From: Psilocybe cubensis
Lineage: Eukaryota
Direction: 5' to 3'
DNA: 64,000 nucleotides
Assembly: GCA_017499595.2 (NCBI GenBank)
Contig: CM038999.1
Location: 2,604,001 to 2,668,000 of the forward strand
Numbering within the stretch: the first letter of the stretch is position 1; each line of letters begins with the position of its first letter. The notes under the pieces are model-generated. The model had not been told where the DNA came from. It was given only the letters and a program-made list of their open reading frames with translations, and ran no database searches. A program made the position numbers and the translations under genes. Of this stretch, positions 26,466-37,779 are shown in pieces.

Positions 26466-27353
26466 ATGTTGAATGTTCATCAGTCCCCGTCAGCAAAGCC
26501 TGACGAACGCCACCATCGCCAGCAGCGCTCAGCGAAGCACACAAAGTTGACATCAGATACCACGACGGCCGACGTGCCATGGCAGCAGATGACACAAACA
26601 TACACCTGGGTTATGGAGGAAGAGTTCATCAAGATAAACCACAAGCGTACCTGCAAGACGGAAGACTGGGTCCGGCAACAGCAATACTTCTTCAGCGTGA
26701 AGGAGGACCAATGCGACAAGACCCGCACACGACCGAGAAAGCACCGCCGGGGTGATTGTGAGGAGGTAGCCTATATTTTTGGAGTAGATGCAGAGGACTG
26801 GAAGCGGCAGGAGGAACGGGTACGACGGCTGATGCATGAGCGCGAAAAGGCAAGGGCGAGGATACAGGAAGAGCTGCGACGTATCGAAACGCGCTTCCAG
26901 CAGAAACGCGATGCAGACCGACGGGCGCGGGAAGAGGCACAGCGCAGGGCGACGGAGAAACAAGCAAAGGAAAAGAGGGACCGGGCGAGGTTGGATAGAT
27001 TGATTGTGGAGGCCTGGGCGACCTATGAAAAAGAATGGGCGGCGCTAGCTGCATCATCCGAGCCACTCACGTTCAGCCGAGTCCCATGGCCGCTTATCTT
27101 GCCGCCGCGGGATACCAACGACATCACCCGCGACGCGATTGTCGCGTTGCTCTTCTCTCCTTTACATTCACAGCACCAGACGCGCAAGGACAGGATCCGC
27201 AGCGCACAGCTGCGATGGCACCCCGACCGATTCCGACGGTTCCTCGGACGGGTGGCAGAGCAAGAGAGGGCGACGGTGGAGGAGGGCGTCGGGGTCGTCG
27301 CACGCTGCCTGAACGAGATGATGGAGAAGGAAAAGAAAATGAAAGCGAGATGA
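26466..27353 (+). CDS. Coiled-coil protein with C-terminal WHPD-motif domain (NFKBIL1/J-domain-like)
   Basis: Intronless ORF with E/R-rich coiled coil, then WATYEKEW..LTFSRVPWP..RIRSAQLRWHPDRF. Confidence 0.7.
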   Translation: MLNVHQSPSAKPDERHHRQQRSAKHTKLTSDTTTADVPWQQMTQTYTWVMEEEFIKINHKRTCKTEDWVRQQQYFFSVKEDQCDKTRTRPRKHRRGDCEEVAYIFGVDAEDWKRQEERVRRLMHEREKARARIQEELRRIETRFQQKRDADRRAREEAQRRATEKQAKEKRDRARLDRLIVEAWATYEKEWAALAASSEPLTFSRVPWPLILPPRDTNDITRDAIVALLFSPLHSQHQTRKDRIRSAQLRWHPDRFRRFLGRVAEQERATVEEGVGVVARCLNEMMEKEKKMKAR

Positions 27354-27449
27354 TAATATTAATTTTGTTTACCTCTATTTATTTGTAATCAAATTGAAAT
27401 AAAATGGCTCGGCTTACTACTTACTCCTCTGTAGACTCTGCTTTGAATA

Positions 27450-28331
27450 ATGTTTTCTCGTTTCGCCCGTCTCCCGCTCCGCAGATGCCTCCACACCTCC
27501 CAGAGGCCTGCCACAGCCCCAGTTTCTCTTGGAAAGGCTGCTCGCTCGGTGCTCTGTGCATCTGCAGTTGCCACCGCCTATCTGGCCTGGCACATGTCAA
27601 GAGAGGCCAATGAACTAGCTCTTGACTCTCCTTTGACTTCACGATGTGAGCCCTACCCCTGTTGCTGTAAATTTCTGCGTTCTGATCCATCGTAGCCACA
27701 GAAAAACATCCCGCGTCCAATGCAACGCGTCCTGTCCACGCTCCTCTTGTCCCCGCTCCGTCAGCATCATCGTCCGACAGTGACGCTTTCGTGCCCGACG
27801 AGCCCTCTGACACTGCTGACACTACACTCACGCCCTCTGACCCGCAGGGTGAAATTCCTGCATCGGACGGAGATGTGCCTCCAACAGGAGGCCAGCCAGC
27901 AGCCTCTGGGGCATTCAACCCCGAAACTGGAGAAATCAACTGGGACTGTCCCTGCTTAGGAGGAATGGCCCATGGACCATGTGGACCAGAGTTCAGAGAA
28001 GCATTCTCTTGCTTCGTCTTCTCAGAGGCAGAGCCCAAAGGCATCAACTGCGTTGAAAAGTTCCAAAACATGCAGAATTGCTTCAGAGCCCATCCCGAAG
28101 TGTATGCCGACGGTATAAGCTCCATGTTTTCCTTTAACACAGCACCGCACATTGACTATTGGCTAATTTTCAGAAATAATGGATGACGACGACGAGCCGG
28201 CCGATGTAGATTCGAGGGATCATTCTGACGTCAGCAAGAACCAAGAAGAAAGCCCTTCAGAATTGGCCACCACATCAAAACCACACATTGATGCAACACC
28301 CGCCGCGAGTGTCACCACCGACTCTTCGTAA
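27450..28331 (+). CDS. MIA40: Mitochondrial intermembrane-space import oxidoreductase Mia40
   Basis: Presequence and TM segment, then [47 protein letters not shown] (CPC plus twin CX9C); stop TAA at 28329-31. Confidence 0.95.
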
Positions 28332-28573
28332 ATCCCACCAGACCGTGTTCACTACCCCCAAAACTTACTTGGCCAATCTTGGTACTTTGCTTTTTGTCTC
28401 ACTAAATTATATCTTTCCTTGTCCAAGCCGCCTCCACTTATAACATAGCAGCAAAAGCGTGTCGGAAACTTGCTTTTACTTGGATATCATATATTTACAT
28501 CAGGTATACATAGAAAACAGCATGACAGCAGAAATTAGACCCAACCGCCCCTCCGTGCCCAACCCAACCCAAC

Positions 28574-31500
28574 TCAATCCACTCTAAAATGTTTCTCGAT
28601 GGCTTTGTCTCGCAGAATATATCCATTTGTTTTGAAAAGCTTCGACCTCAGGAATGGCGAAACATCGTAGATTTCGTGTTCCTTGGCCTGAAAATAATTT
28701 TTAAAAAAATGTGTCAGGAATGCACTAGGAATTTTGCTATCAATCTTACCTTTTCTTCGAGCTCAGAAATCTTGACAACCACATTGTCGGGCTGTTCATG
28801 TCTCTGAAGTTGATAGAAGCGGGCCTTTTCTTTGACAAGGTTACCCAAAAGGAAGGAAAGCAACTCCTCGTGGTCCTTCGATTGGGTAAGGTATTTTCTG
28901 AATCCCTGTTATAATCAAACTCCGTGAGTATTGTCGGTTGCCAAAAGAAACAAACGGCTTACCCTTTGCAGAGTCTTCTTGATACTTAATTTCTGTGCGC
29001 TCACAAAGCTTCCTACAGCCACCTCGATGGCAAGGTCAATGTCATCGGAACGAACGTACTCGCGCAGAGCCATCTTAGCGCTAGCCTCTGCCATACGAAT
29101 CATACTCTCGAGGTGACGAACGGTGATAGGATACGAGCCTGTTGCCATCGACTCGCGTCGCAGATCTGCGAAGAGACGCGCAAGTTTCTCTTGGTCCAGG
29201 TCGAACAGCTTGGGTCGGATCTTCTCTTTCGCGTACATGATGTACTTGCGCAAAACATCTTGCGGAATAATCTGTGGTTCGTCGTACTTAAATTTAATAC
29301 GTGTGCGATAGCATTCGGGTGAAAGCTTACATCTGCATCCAGGGTGGTGCCTACGTCAATTTCCTCAGTCTCTTTGTCGAATTTCGGATGACTGCGAAGA
29401 TGACTGCCAACTACAAAGCGAGCGAGAAGTTCATCCATGACAGGATCCACTGTGTCCTTGACCACACAAAGAACATCGAAACGAGACAAGATAGGTTCTG
29501 TCAATTCTACATTCTGGGCAAATGGAATTGTAGGGTTGTAACGCCCACGGATCGGATTGGCAGCAGCTATAATAGCACAACGAGCTTGAAGGCTGGTAAC
29601 AATACCCGCCTTGGATATTGAAATAGACTGCTGTTCCATAGCCTCGTGGATAGACGTTCGGTCCGCATCATTCATTTTGTCAAACTCGTCGATCAAACAT
29701 GTTCCTTTATCCGCAAGGACCAGAGCACCTCCTTCAAGTGTCCACTCCTGTGTTATAGGGTCCTTTCGAACGCTCGCCGTGAGACCGACGGCAGAGGCCC
29801 CCTGGCCAGTGGCAAAAACCGACCTATGTGCTGTTTTCTCGACATATTTGAGGAATTGAGATTTAGCGGTACCAGGATCTCCGAGCAAAAGCACATTGAT
29901 ATCTCCACGAATACGATGTTTGTGGTTGATATCCTTAGGTACACCTCCAAAGAGCGAGAGGGCGATGGCAGTTTTGATATCTTCGTGCCCATAGATAGAC
30001 GGAGCAATGGATTTAATTATTCTCTTCCTAATGCGCTCGTCTTTGGCGAGATTGCGTATCTCCTTTTCATCCTCTTCAGTAAGACGGAACGCCGCGAACA
30101 GGTCTTCCTTCTTGTTGATATGGTTAGCCTCGATGATTGTGGAGAAGACCGGGAACCCGTTCTTAGAGTTTAGAGATGCGTCGAAATTGTTCCGGTACAC
30201 GCCGGTCACTTCCTGCGATAATGTGAATGATAATATCAGTTCTAGTAAAATTACCACATACCACTTCTTCTCCGGGTTTGGCGCTGTCGATTAGATCCCA
30301 TAGAAGAATAACTTCTCTATGTCTGGGTAAACGGCCAGCAGGCACTGAACCAGGAGATTCTTGCAAGGTCATTTTCTGGTAATTGCGGTATACGGTCTGT
30401 AAAAGTTGACTATCAAATCCATTCCGGTTGCTCAAAGAAAACATACCTGTTCTGAGTTGACTGTAAAAGGGCCTTTACTTTCGCAATTAGCACAGTAACT
30501 GATTCGCACTTCCCTAGACGCGTCCTGGAAGAATGGACCGAGCACAGCACCGCATTTCCGACAGTCGAATTTGACATATTTCAATTGGGGGAACACCCCA
30601 GTTCTCCTTGTAACAACACCTGAAACACGGACAAGGTTGTTGAGGTTAGCTCGACGCAAATCTCGCAACGTTGAACCCAAAGGAAGATCGGCAACGCGGA
30701 CATGAACTTCGGAGTGAATTCGCTTGTAGGCCGGGTAATGAACCACTATGGCATCGAGTGCAATCTCATCGAAGATTTCCAGCATGGCGGTCGGCGAATT
30801 GATAAGGAAATACGCAAGAATGGGCTTCGAGGATGCCAGGTGAAGATATGAAATCTCCAAAGATTCGGCATTAGCTATTTGAGACGTCACTGTCAGAAAG
30901 AATCGAGTACAATATGACAAACCACGTACTTTCTCCCAAGCTACGAATCCTTTGGCCATAGACAGATGCCCCATGTTCATCCACATAAGTCATCAGGAAA
31001 TGTCGGAAGTGGCGGGCAATCGAGCGACGGACACGATCATGGGCAATCCACTCAACAATCGACTTGGCTTTGATGTCGCTAAGTTGTTCCAGAGGGATTT
31101 CCTAAGGTGGAGAGGTAAGCATCGCATATAATGAAGATTACGCTAACAAACGCACATCGTCAACGCCGTCGAGATCATCCGCATCACGCCTTTCATCATA
31201 CTGTTTCCTTGTGCGCATCTTCATGCTTGCCAACCCAAGCTCATCTATACCTTCGTCTTCCATATCTGCATCGCTTCCAAGGAAAGCAGGAGCGCGGCTA
31301 CGACGTGCCGCGCGTTGTCCTTTCTTTCCATCGCGTTCAGCACGGTCCCTACGGGCCATCTTCGCTTCAGCCGCGCGACGAGCAGCAGCAGAAAGCTCTT
31401 CGACGTTTTCATCGTCATCTATACCAGCATCGGAATATCGGTCAAGGACTTCATTGGGGGCATAATCTCTAACAGCCAGTGTGATGAATGATAGTTCATG

Positions 31501-31806
31501 CAATGGGAAATGATGACTCACGCTTCAAGAGTTTCGCCAAATAGATCTTCGCCCTCGGCATCCTCGTCTTCATCTACATCTTGTACAGCATCCCGATCGT
31601 CGACACTATCGTCGGTGTCCGAGAAAGGAGCGGGAGGGGAAGACGGTGGAAGCGATGACTGGGAGTTGCGACGCGTCGGGGTACGTTGTCGGGGAGACGA
31701 AGTCGCAGGGACAGGAGAAGAATCTCTCTGGCGTTTAGCACCTCGTGGAGGCTTCACTATCCATGTTAGACGCGTATATCTTGAAGATGCGCGGGACACC
31801 TACCAT
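28574..31806 (-). CDS. MCM2: DNA replication licensing factor Mcm2
   Basis: Acidic N-terminus with [10 protein letters not shown]; Zn finger CRKC..CANC; Walker [21 protein letters not shown]; final exon ends HFRVD*. Confidence 0.97.
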
Positions 31807-31841
31807 TCTTTGTATTTGGTGTTGAAGGAGAAGATTAATGA

Positions 31842-31852
31842 ACGCGACGCGT
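31842..31852. promoter_or_regulatory. Tandem MCB-like elements (ACGCGACGCGT) upstream of MCM2
   Basis: Overlapping ACGCGA/ACGCGT about 35-45 nt upstream of the MCM2 ATG; another ACGCGT in intron 1 at 31770-75. Confidence 0.6.
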
Positions 31853-32195
31853 TCAATTTTTCCATCGAGCTGAGTTTCAATAGCGCGTTCTGGCGGAGTC
31901 CGAAAATCAAAGAATTGCAGACTGCAAGCCAGTATCTAATTAAGCGTGTACTGATTCCTGAACAACTGCTTGTAATTCATTAAACGTGACTATATATACA
32001 GAATATGCAACAATATGCTGGAATATGATATCTGAGATGAATAGAGTTCACGGCCGAGGCTGGGATTCGCGCATGAGTTCCTCTGTTATGTGTTTGGGGA
32101 AGTTCTCCAGGGGCCGCCTACAAGAATTATTGTCAGAGCCACATATTACGACGAGAAGATACGAAAAGACGCACTCTCGTATGTCCCACACATCC

Positions 32196-32453
32196 TCACT
32201 GCTCTTGGCCTGCCGTCTGTGTGCCCACCACTCTGCGCGACGACGAATCCAGGCCTCTCGTTGTTCCTCTGGATGCATGGTTTTCAACGACAGGCAGAAC
32301 TTGAAATCTTGGAATTTTTGCTCGCAACTTGACCTTTTGCCAAACCGGTAGACGGCCTTGACTTGTGACCGTATGGCTATCGGTATAGCAGTTAAAAGTC
32401 AAGAACACCAAAAAGATGAGAAATATACACACCGCCGCAACTAAGATAGTCAT
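32196..32453 (-). CDS. Possible small single-pass membrane protein (85 aa)
   Basis: ATG 32453 gives MTILVAAVCIFLIFLVFLTFNCY (hydrophobic helix) in an otherwise empty interval; no recognisable family. Confidence 0.3.
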   Translation of the reverse strand: MTILVAAVCIFLIFLVFLTFNCYTDSHTVTSQGRLPVWQKVKLRAKIPRFQVLPVVENHASRGTTRGLDSSSRRVVGTQTAGQEQ

Positions 32454-32761
32454 CAAACACGCTAATGCATCCTGGCACGTCCGCCGGTGTGGGATGAAGG
32501 AGGCGAAGCCGATCCTCTTCTTGTTTGAGGATGATTTTGAAGTCTGGTTTGGACATGAGAATGAAGAACAACCTTGGCGCACAAAACGCTGGGCGCCGGC
32601 CGGGTTTGTCTCCGGCGATCTATCATCCATGAATGACTTTTACCATGACCTGCGCTGGGGCTGGGAAACATATATCGTTTCTCATAAATGCCATCTTTCA
32701 TATGATAACACAACGTCCCTAACCTTCGAACTCATCTTTTCCTGCTTCCTTTCTGCTCACC

Positions 32762-34102
32762 ATGACTCGCGCATTTCACCACCAACCTCTCCGAGGTCTA
32801 TACCTGACTTATCAGCTTTTCGGCACCTTGTTTGTTCGTTTCCCTCTCTGGATTCTACTTAGCACACCCAGGTGATGAATTTCCATCATCTACAACACAA
32901 TGCTGTCTGAATAGTGAGCGCTGAGCTCTAGGTCTCTGCGTCCAAGGAAGACATGGACTTTCAAGCGGACAATTTGGGTCAAAATAATTCGTTATGTCAT
33001 GAGTCTTCCTAGAATGTATGTTTCCTTATCTGTGGCTAAGCTAGCACTATTAATCAATATTTTTTCAAGGGTTGGACCTCTGACCAAACTCCCGAATCAT
33101 TTGGCCATCACTCCAGGTGTTGATGTTAACGGCGTTTGGGTTGCTGCTGCCAACCATCTTGTCACAGGGGACCTCAAAACCTTCTCCACAATCGCAAATG
33201 TGTCGTCAGTCCGTCTGCCAGGATACTGGATACACAAGAACGGGACCTCCATTAAGGTTGCCTCTCCTCCTTTGCCTGGAGAGAAGGTTATATACCAACT
33301 CCATGGAGGAGCATACGTTCGCCTTTCAGCGCACCCAACAGATCCTACCGCAAATATTTCCAAAGGCTATGTTAAACATATCGACTCTGTGAATCGTGTC
33401 TTTTCCATCGAATACCGCCTGGCATCCTCTAAACCCTATACCGTTGCGTTTCCCTTCCCAACGCAACTCTTGGATGCTCTTGCTGGATACAACTATCTTG
33501 TAAACGTTGTCGGATTCTCCCCTGAGAACATCATTCTCTCTGGTGACTCAGCTGGTGGCAACCTCGCATACGCTCTCACCCGATACCTCACAGAATATCA
33601 AAATTCCACCGATGTAAAACTTCCTGCTGCACCCAGTGCCCTTATTCTCCTCTCTCCCTGGTTGGATCTCGGAACAACTACCCAATCAATCCCAAATGGA
33701 TCGGCAACAAGATTTGTCTCCTCGGATTACATTGCACCTGAAAGTGGGGCAGACTATGCCAAAATCTCATTCTGCGGACCACATGGACTTGGGGCGGCGG
33801 AAATTAACCCCTACATATCTCCAGCATCTCTGCACCCTAATCTAGTCGTCGACTTCAAGAAATTCCCGCGAACATTCATCGTTGCTGGAGGCGCAGAAGT
33901 CCTTTATGACTCCATAAATATTTTCAAGGACCGTATGATCAAGGACCTCGGCGAAGGAAACGGTGTTGAGCCAGGAGAAGGGAAAGTTCGGTACTTCGAG
34001 GCCCCTGACGGCGTTCACGACTACCTTGTATTCTCATGGCATGAACCTGAACGCACCGATACCCTAAACGAGATCAATAGATGGGTTGCGGCATCGCAAT
34101 GA
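32762..34102 (+). CDS. Alpha/beta hydrolase, HSL/abhydrolase_3 family esterase
   Basis: ATG 32762 (MTRAFHHQPLRGLYL...), two short introns, HGGAY oxyanion motif, GDSAGGNL nucleophile elbow, GGAEVLYD, DGVHDY. Confidence 0.92.
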
Positions 34103-34684
34103 TTTTGAGGTAAAAAGAATGTATTTATTATTCAAGATTGAACGAATGTATCATGCTTATTTATCATGACGTATAATAAATAAAGGAGGCGTCGTATTCA
34201 ATGTCGTGGTCCCGCTACGTAAGTGTAACCAATTTGTTCTCTTTCCTAAGGCTGGTGCCATACGGAAGTTCTCATCACCCTGTCAATCCTCACGTTAATC
34301 AGGACATTTTAGCAGCCTACCTTGCAAACAAGGCGAACATCAACTTCTGACTCGTGGCGGTGTCATCGTTCTCTAAATAGTAAACAGTAAAAATTGCTTC
34401 TACACCACGCAACATGAGCGACTCAAACAGGTTTTTACTGTTTTAACTGCATAAATCTACATCCAGGTAGGCTGGATTCTGCAATCTTAAGTTCCAAACA
34501 TCATCTGGAGACTCTCCTCATCTTTTGCAGCAATTTCTCGAGCAGAAAACAGTGTTGGGACAGGGCATAGCAAAAACTAGTGAAAAGACAACATAGTTAA
34601 TTTGAAAACCAAGTCGTGAAGAAAATATATGTCAATGGCCATTTACAGTTCACCATCGCCTACGTATATTTACATGTAAAAGGA

Positions 34685-36272
34685 TTATTCTTTGCGATCT
34701 TTCTCCGCTCCGTGGCTCGATGCTGAACTGCGGTCATTCATTTCTCCATTTTCCGCGGCGGCGAGTTGGTCATCCCCAAGGTAGGAATAAACTGCTGGAA
34801 GGGCTACAAAGAGCGCACCGATGATGTTTCCAATGAGGGAGGCAATAAGAGACCTGAAAGGCAGGTATGTTATCAAACAATGTCAACTGAACCGCTGGTT
34901 TAGTTCAAGTTCTTACTTTTTGATGTATTGGTTCACCGTAAGCTGTATACCGGATATGAGCGGTGGTCATTAAAGGAAAGATTGTGGGCAGGACAGCCAT
35001 ACCGGTGCTCCAAACATGATTCCGAGTGGTACTGAAAACATGTTAGCAACAACTGAAACGGGGTAAGTTTGCAATCCCTAGTGTGATACCTCAAGTGCTA
35101 CATACCGTGGTCAAATCCGCAAGCCACGAAAATCTAAAGTAAGAGAATATCAGTTGTCCACAAATGTGCACATGGCATGAGATATCGCACCCATATAGGG
35201 ATCCAAATCGCGAAAACCTGAGGGGTCAAGCAATAGCAAATATAATGAACTTCAGGGACAAATTCCTAAAGCTAGCAACCTTGCCTTGGAAATCGTATCT
35301 TTTGCGCCAGCGGCTTGCTATTTTTATATAAATGTGGGGTCCGGTCAGACGGCGTGGGGTAATTTGAAATGTGCACGTACCCAGACAGCTACCGAGACGA
35401 GCCAGTTGCATCCAATGCCTCGCAAGAATATTTGATGCCACTGTGGGTCATGGGCTTTGTGACTAAAAACACGTCAAGTTTGAGTATACACTCCACAGCG
35501 ATTCGAGATGCTTCTCACATCGCGAAGGTTTTGATAAACGTCGCATATGGATCAACAGAGACGATTCCACTGTCTGGGAATAGCCGGTGATTGAAAGAGA
35601 GTTCACATCATCAAATTAAAAATAACTCACAGTGCACAAGGATGGCGGCAAAGAAAAGGCTTCCTGCAAGATTACCGAAAAATACTGGAGAGGGGTTGAG
35701 CACACGGTTCATATACATGACATGGCTTGAACTGTTCACCAATGATCCAGTTAACGGGCAAACTCCACCACGGAATAGCGCGCTTAGCCAATGCCATAGG
35801 GAAGACCTGCGATGGGTCAGCACTCACTGATCAATGATTGAAATGTAACCAGGTTATCCTTACCATCATGTTACTAGTCAGAAGTTCTTGACCTTGGAGA
35901 ACAATCCTAGAAAAAATCGTCACATTATTTCCCTCATAAGAACCATAGAGAAGGTATATTGTCTTACATCACCAAACCCACAGGAAATACAAATCCCCCA
36001 AGAACTTTCACTATGCCAGGATTAGAGGAGGTAAGACCCCCTGCTCCTCCCTGCAATACTTCGGAGAGTAATCCTCCAAATGACAGCATCGCACCAGCCA
36101 TAAACTAACAAATTAGACAACTCAGATTATCTCATTTCCTGATCCCAGAGTAAACACTCACGGCCTTGAGGAATACAGCGGCAAAACGATCTTGGTGTTT
36201 CTTAACCCCAGCCCGCACCATAAATGCAGCGACCTCTTCTGGCTTCATTGTAGATGGTGTATCATACGCCAT
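34685..36272 (-). CDS. Formate/nitrite transporter (FNT) family channel, many small exons
   Basis: Spliced exons give FVFPVGLVM-IVLQGQELLTSNMM, VFFGNLAGSLF, GIGCNWLVSVAVW, IFVACGFDH-VVANMF, SLIGNIIGA. Confidence 0.9.
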
Positions 36273-37779
36273 GGTGACACTCAGGTCGATATTCTTGCGA
36301 TTAATGAATTTGGGGGATCTCTAGAATAAAGAGCAAGAGAGGGTGGCGTATAACCCTAGTGTCCCTTCCGACAAAGAGTGAGAAGAGTGTCGACTTTATA
36401 TGCCCGGCTAGTGCGGCAGATTTCCCACTACATGGTGATTGAGCTATGAAGATAGAAATGGAGTCATCGGGTATAGCAAGATTTTTCGGTTAAAGGGGCA
36501 AACTCCAGGAAGCCATGGAAGTTAGTTCTAAATAAAAACGGCAGAAAACGTAAGTAACACTGAGACAAAAATAACTCACAGAGGACGACAGCACCGTTAT
36601 GAAAAGGCCTATGCATATGGATAACACATACTCTACTCCAATCCAAGGTTCAATGCCCATACTTTATCCGGCGTTCTCTGGTTGTGGTCCACTAGAGAAG
36701 AACTAAGCGCTGACATATGTTCTATTTTTAGCTTCCCACCTCCCCTCGAGGCTGAACTAGATTGAACTGCCCAAAATTCATGTCCATCTTCTAGAATGAG
36801 TTTCTCCGTATTTGCATCTCTTCGCGCAACAGGTGTTGAAAGGCCTGTGTCCAAGCTACTTAATAATGGCAGCGCAGCTAAGTTCCGGAACGACACGATG
36901 ATAAAGTTCGGCAAATATAGGTGAACACAGGGTAAACATACAGTATGCTGAATACTCAGTCACAGGCCTCTCCTGTGTACCGACGTGAGTGTGATTCAGA
37001 GATATTTAAAGCTGATATATTCAAATTACCGTCCATCCTCCCGAAAAAAGACAAGTCTGTCAACTCTCACCGATCTTTTCCGACTTTTTGTGAAGCACAA
37101 GAAAGTGGCGAACCGGTGAACGCTCCGCTATTCGATTCGACTCGCTAGACCTCTATCACAACTGCACGATCGTGAAGCGATTACCTTATTCCGAAGAGAG
37201 AGTTGTGTGTGGATTGGGAAAAGTCGATGAAACGCCACATTGGAGTCAAGTTCTAGATGTTACTGAAGACTCTAAACCAAAAGTTGAGAAGATTTGCGAA
37301 AGAAGACAGTGGTGGTGGCGGCGATTATGAGCCTTATTTCGTTTCGCCACAGCCAACCCCCTACACATAATGTCTGTGCAGATGGATATCTATGCGAGTG
37401 GTATAGGGGAATTTACAAGTTCACCAGTCAGCCTGCCACAGACCTGATGACGACATTTCGACCCTTTTTTGGTCTCATGGTCTGAATCCTTTGGAAGTAA
37501 AAAAGATGCTTCAACAATTTTGGTTCAACAATCAATCAACAGAGTTGTTGGTCAACTTAAAAACCACACTCCAGTTATATAATTGATGACATTGGATTCT
37601 GTATTTTTGTGACATTGAAGTTTGAAGTTGGTGGGATTGCCTATGTCAACAACATTTCATGTTTTATTTTCATCCGAAAAGGATGAGTACGTATATACAA
37701 ACTAAGTATGTGAGACTGATGGGCAATGAAACAACGAAGATAACTTGATATGTAAACATAACGACGACTGATAGTAAGT

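Noticed and set aside
27421-28152. 243-aa antisense ORF over MIA40 (and similar antisense ORFs over MCM2, Tcp11 and Sec7 genes)
   Set aside because: Shadow ORFs of real genes on the opposite strand
37061-37226. Two 8-9 bp complementary segments suggesting a pseudoknot
   Set aside because: Matches of this length are plausible by chance over ~200 nt; no family motifs
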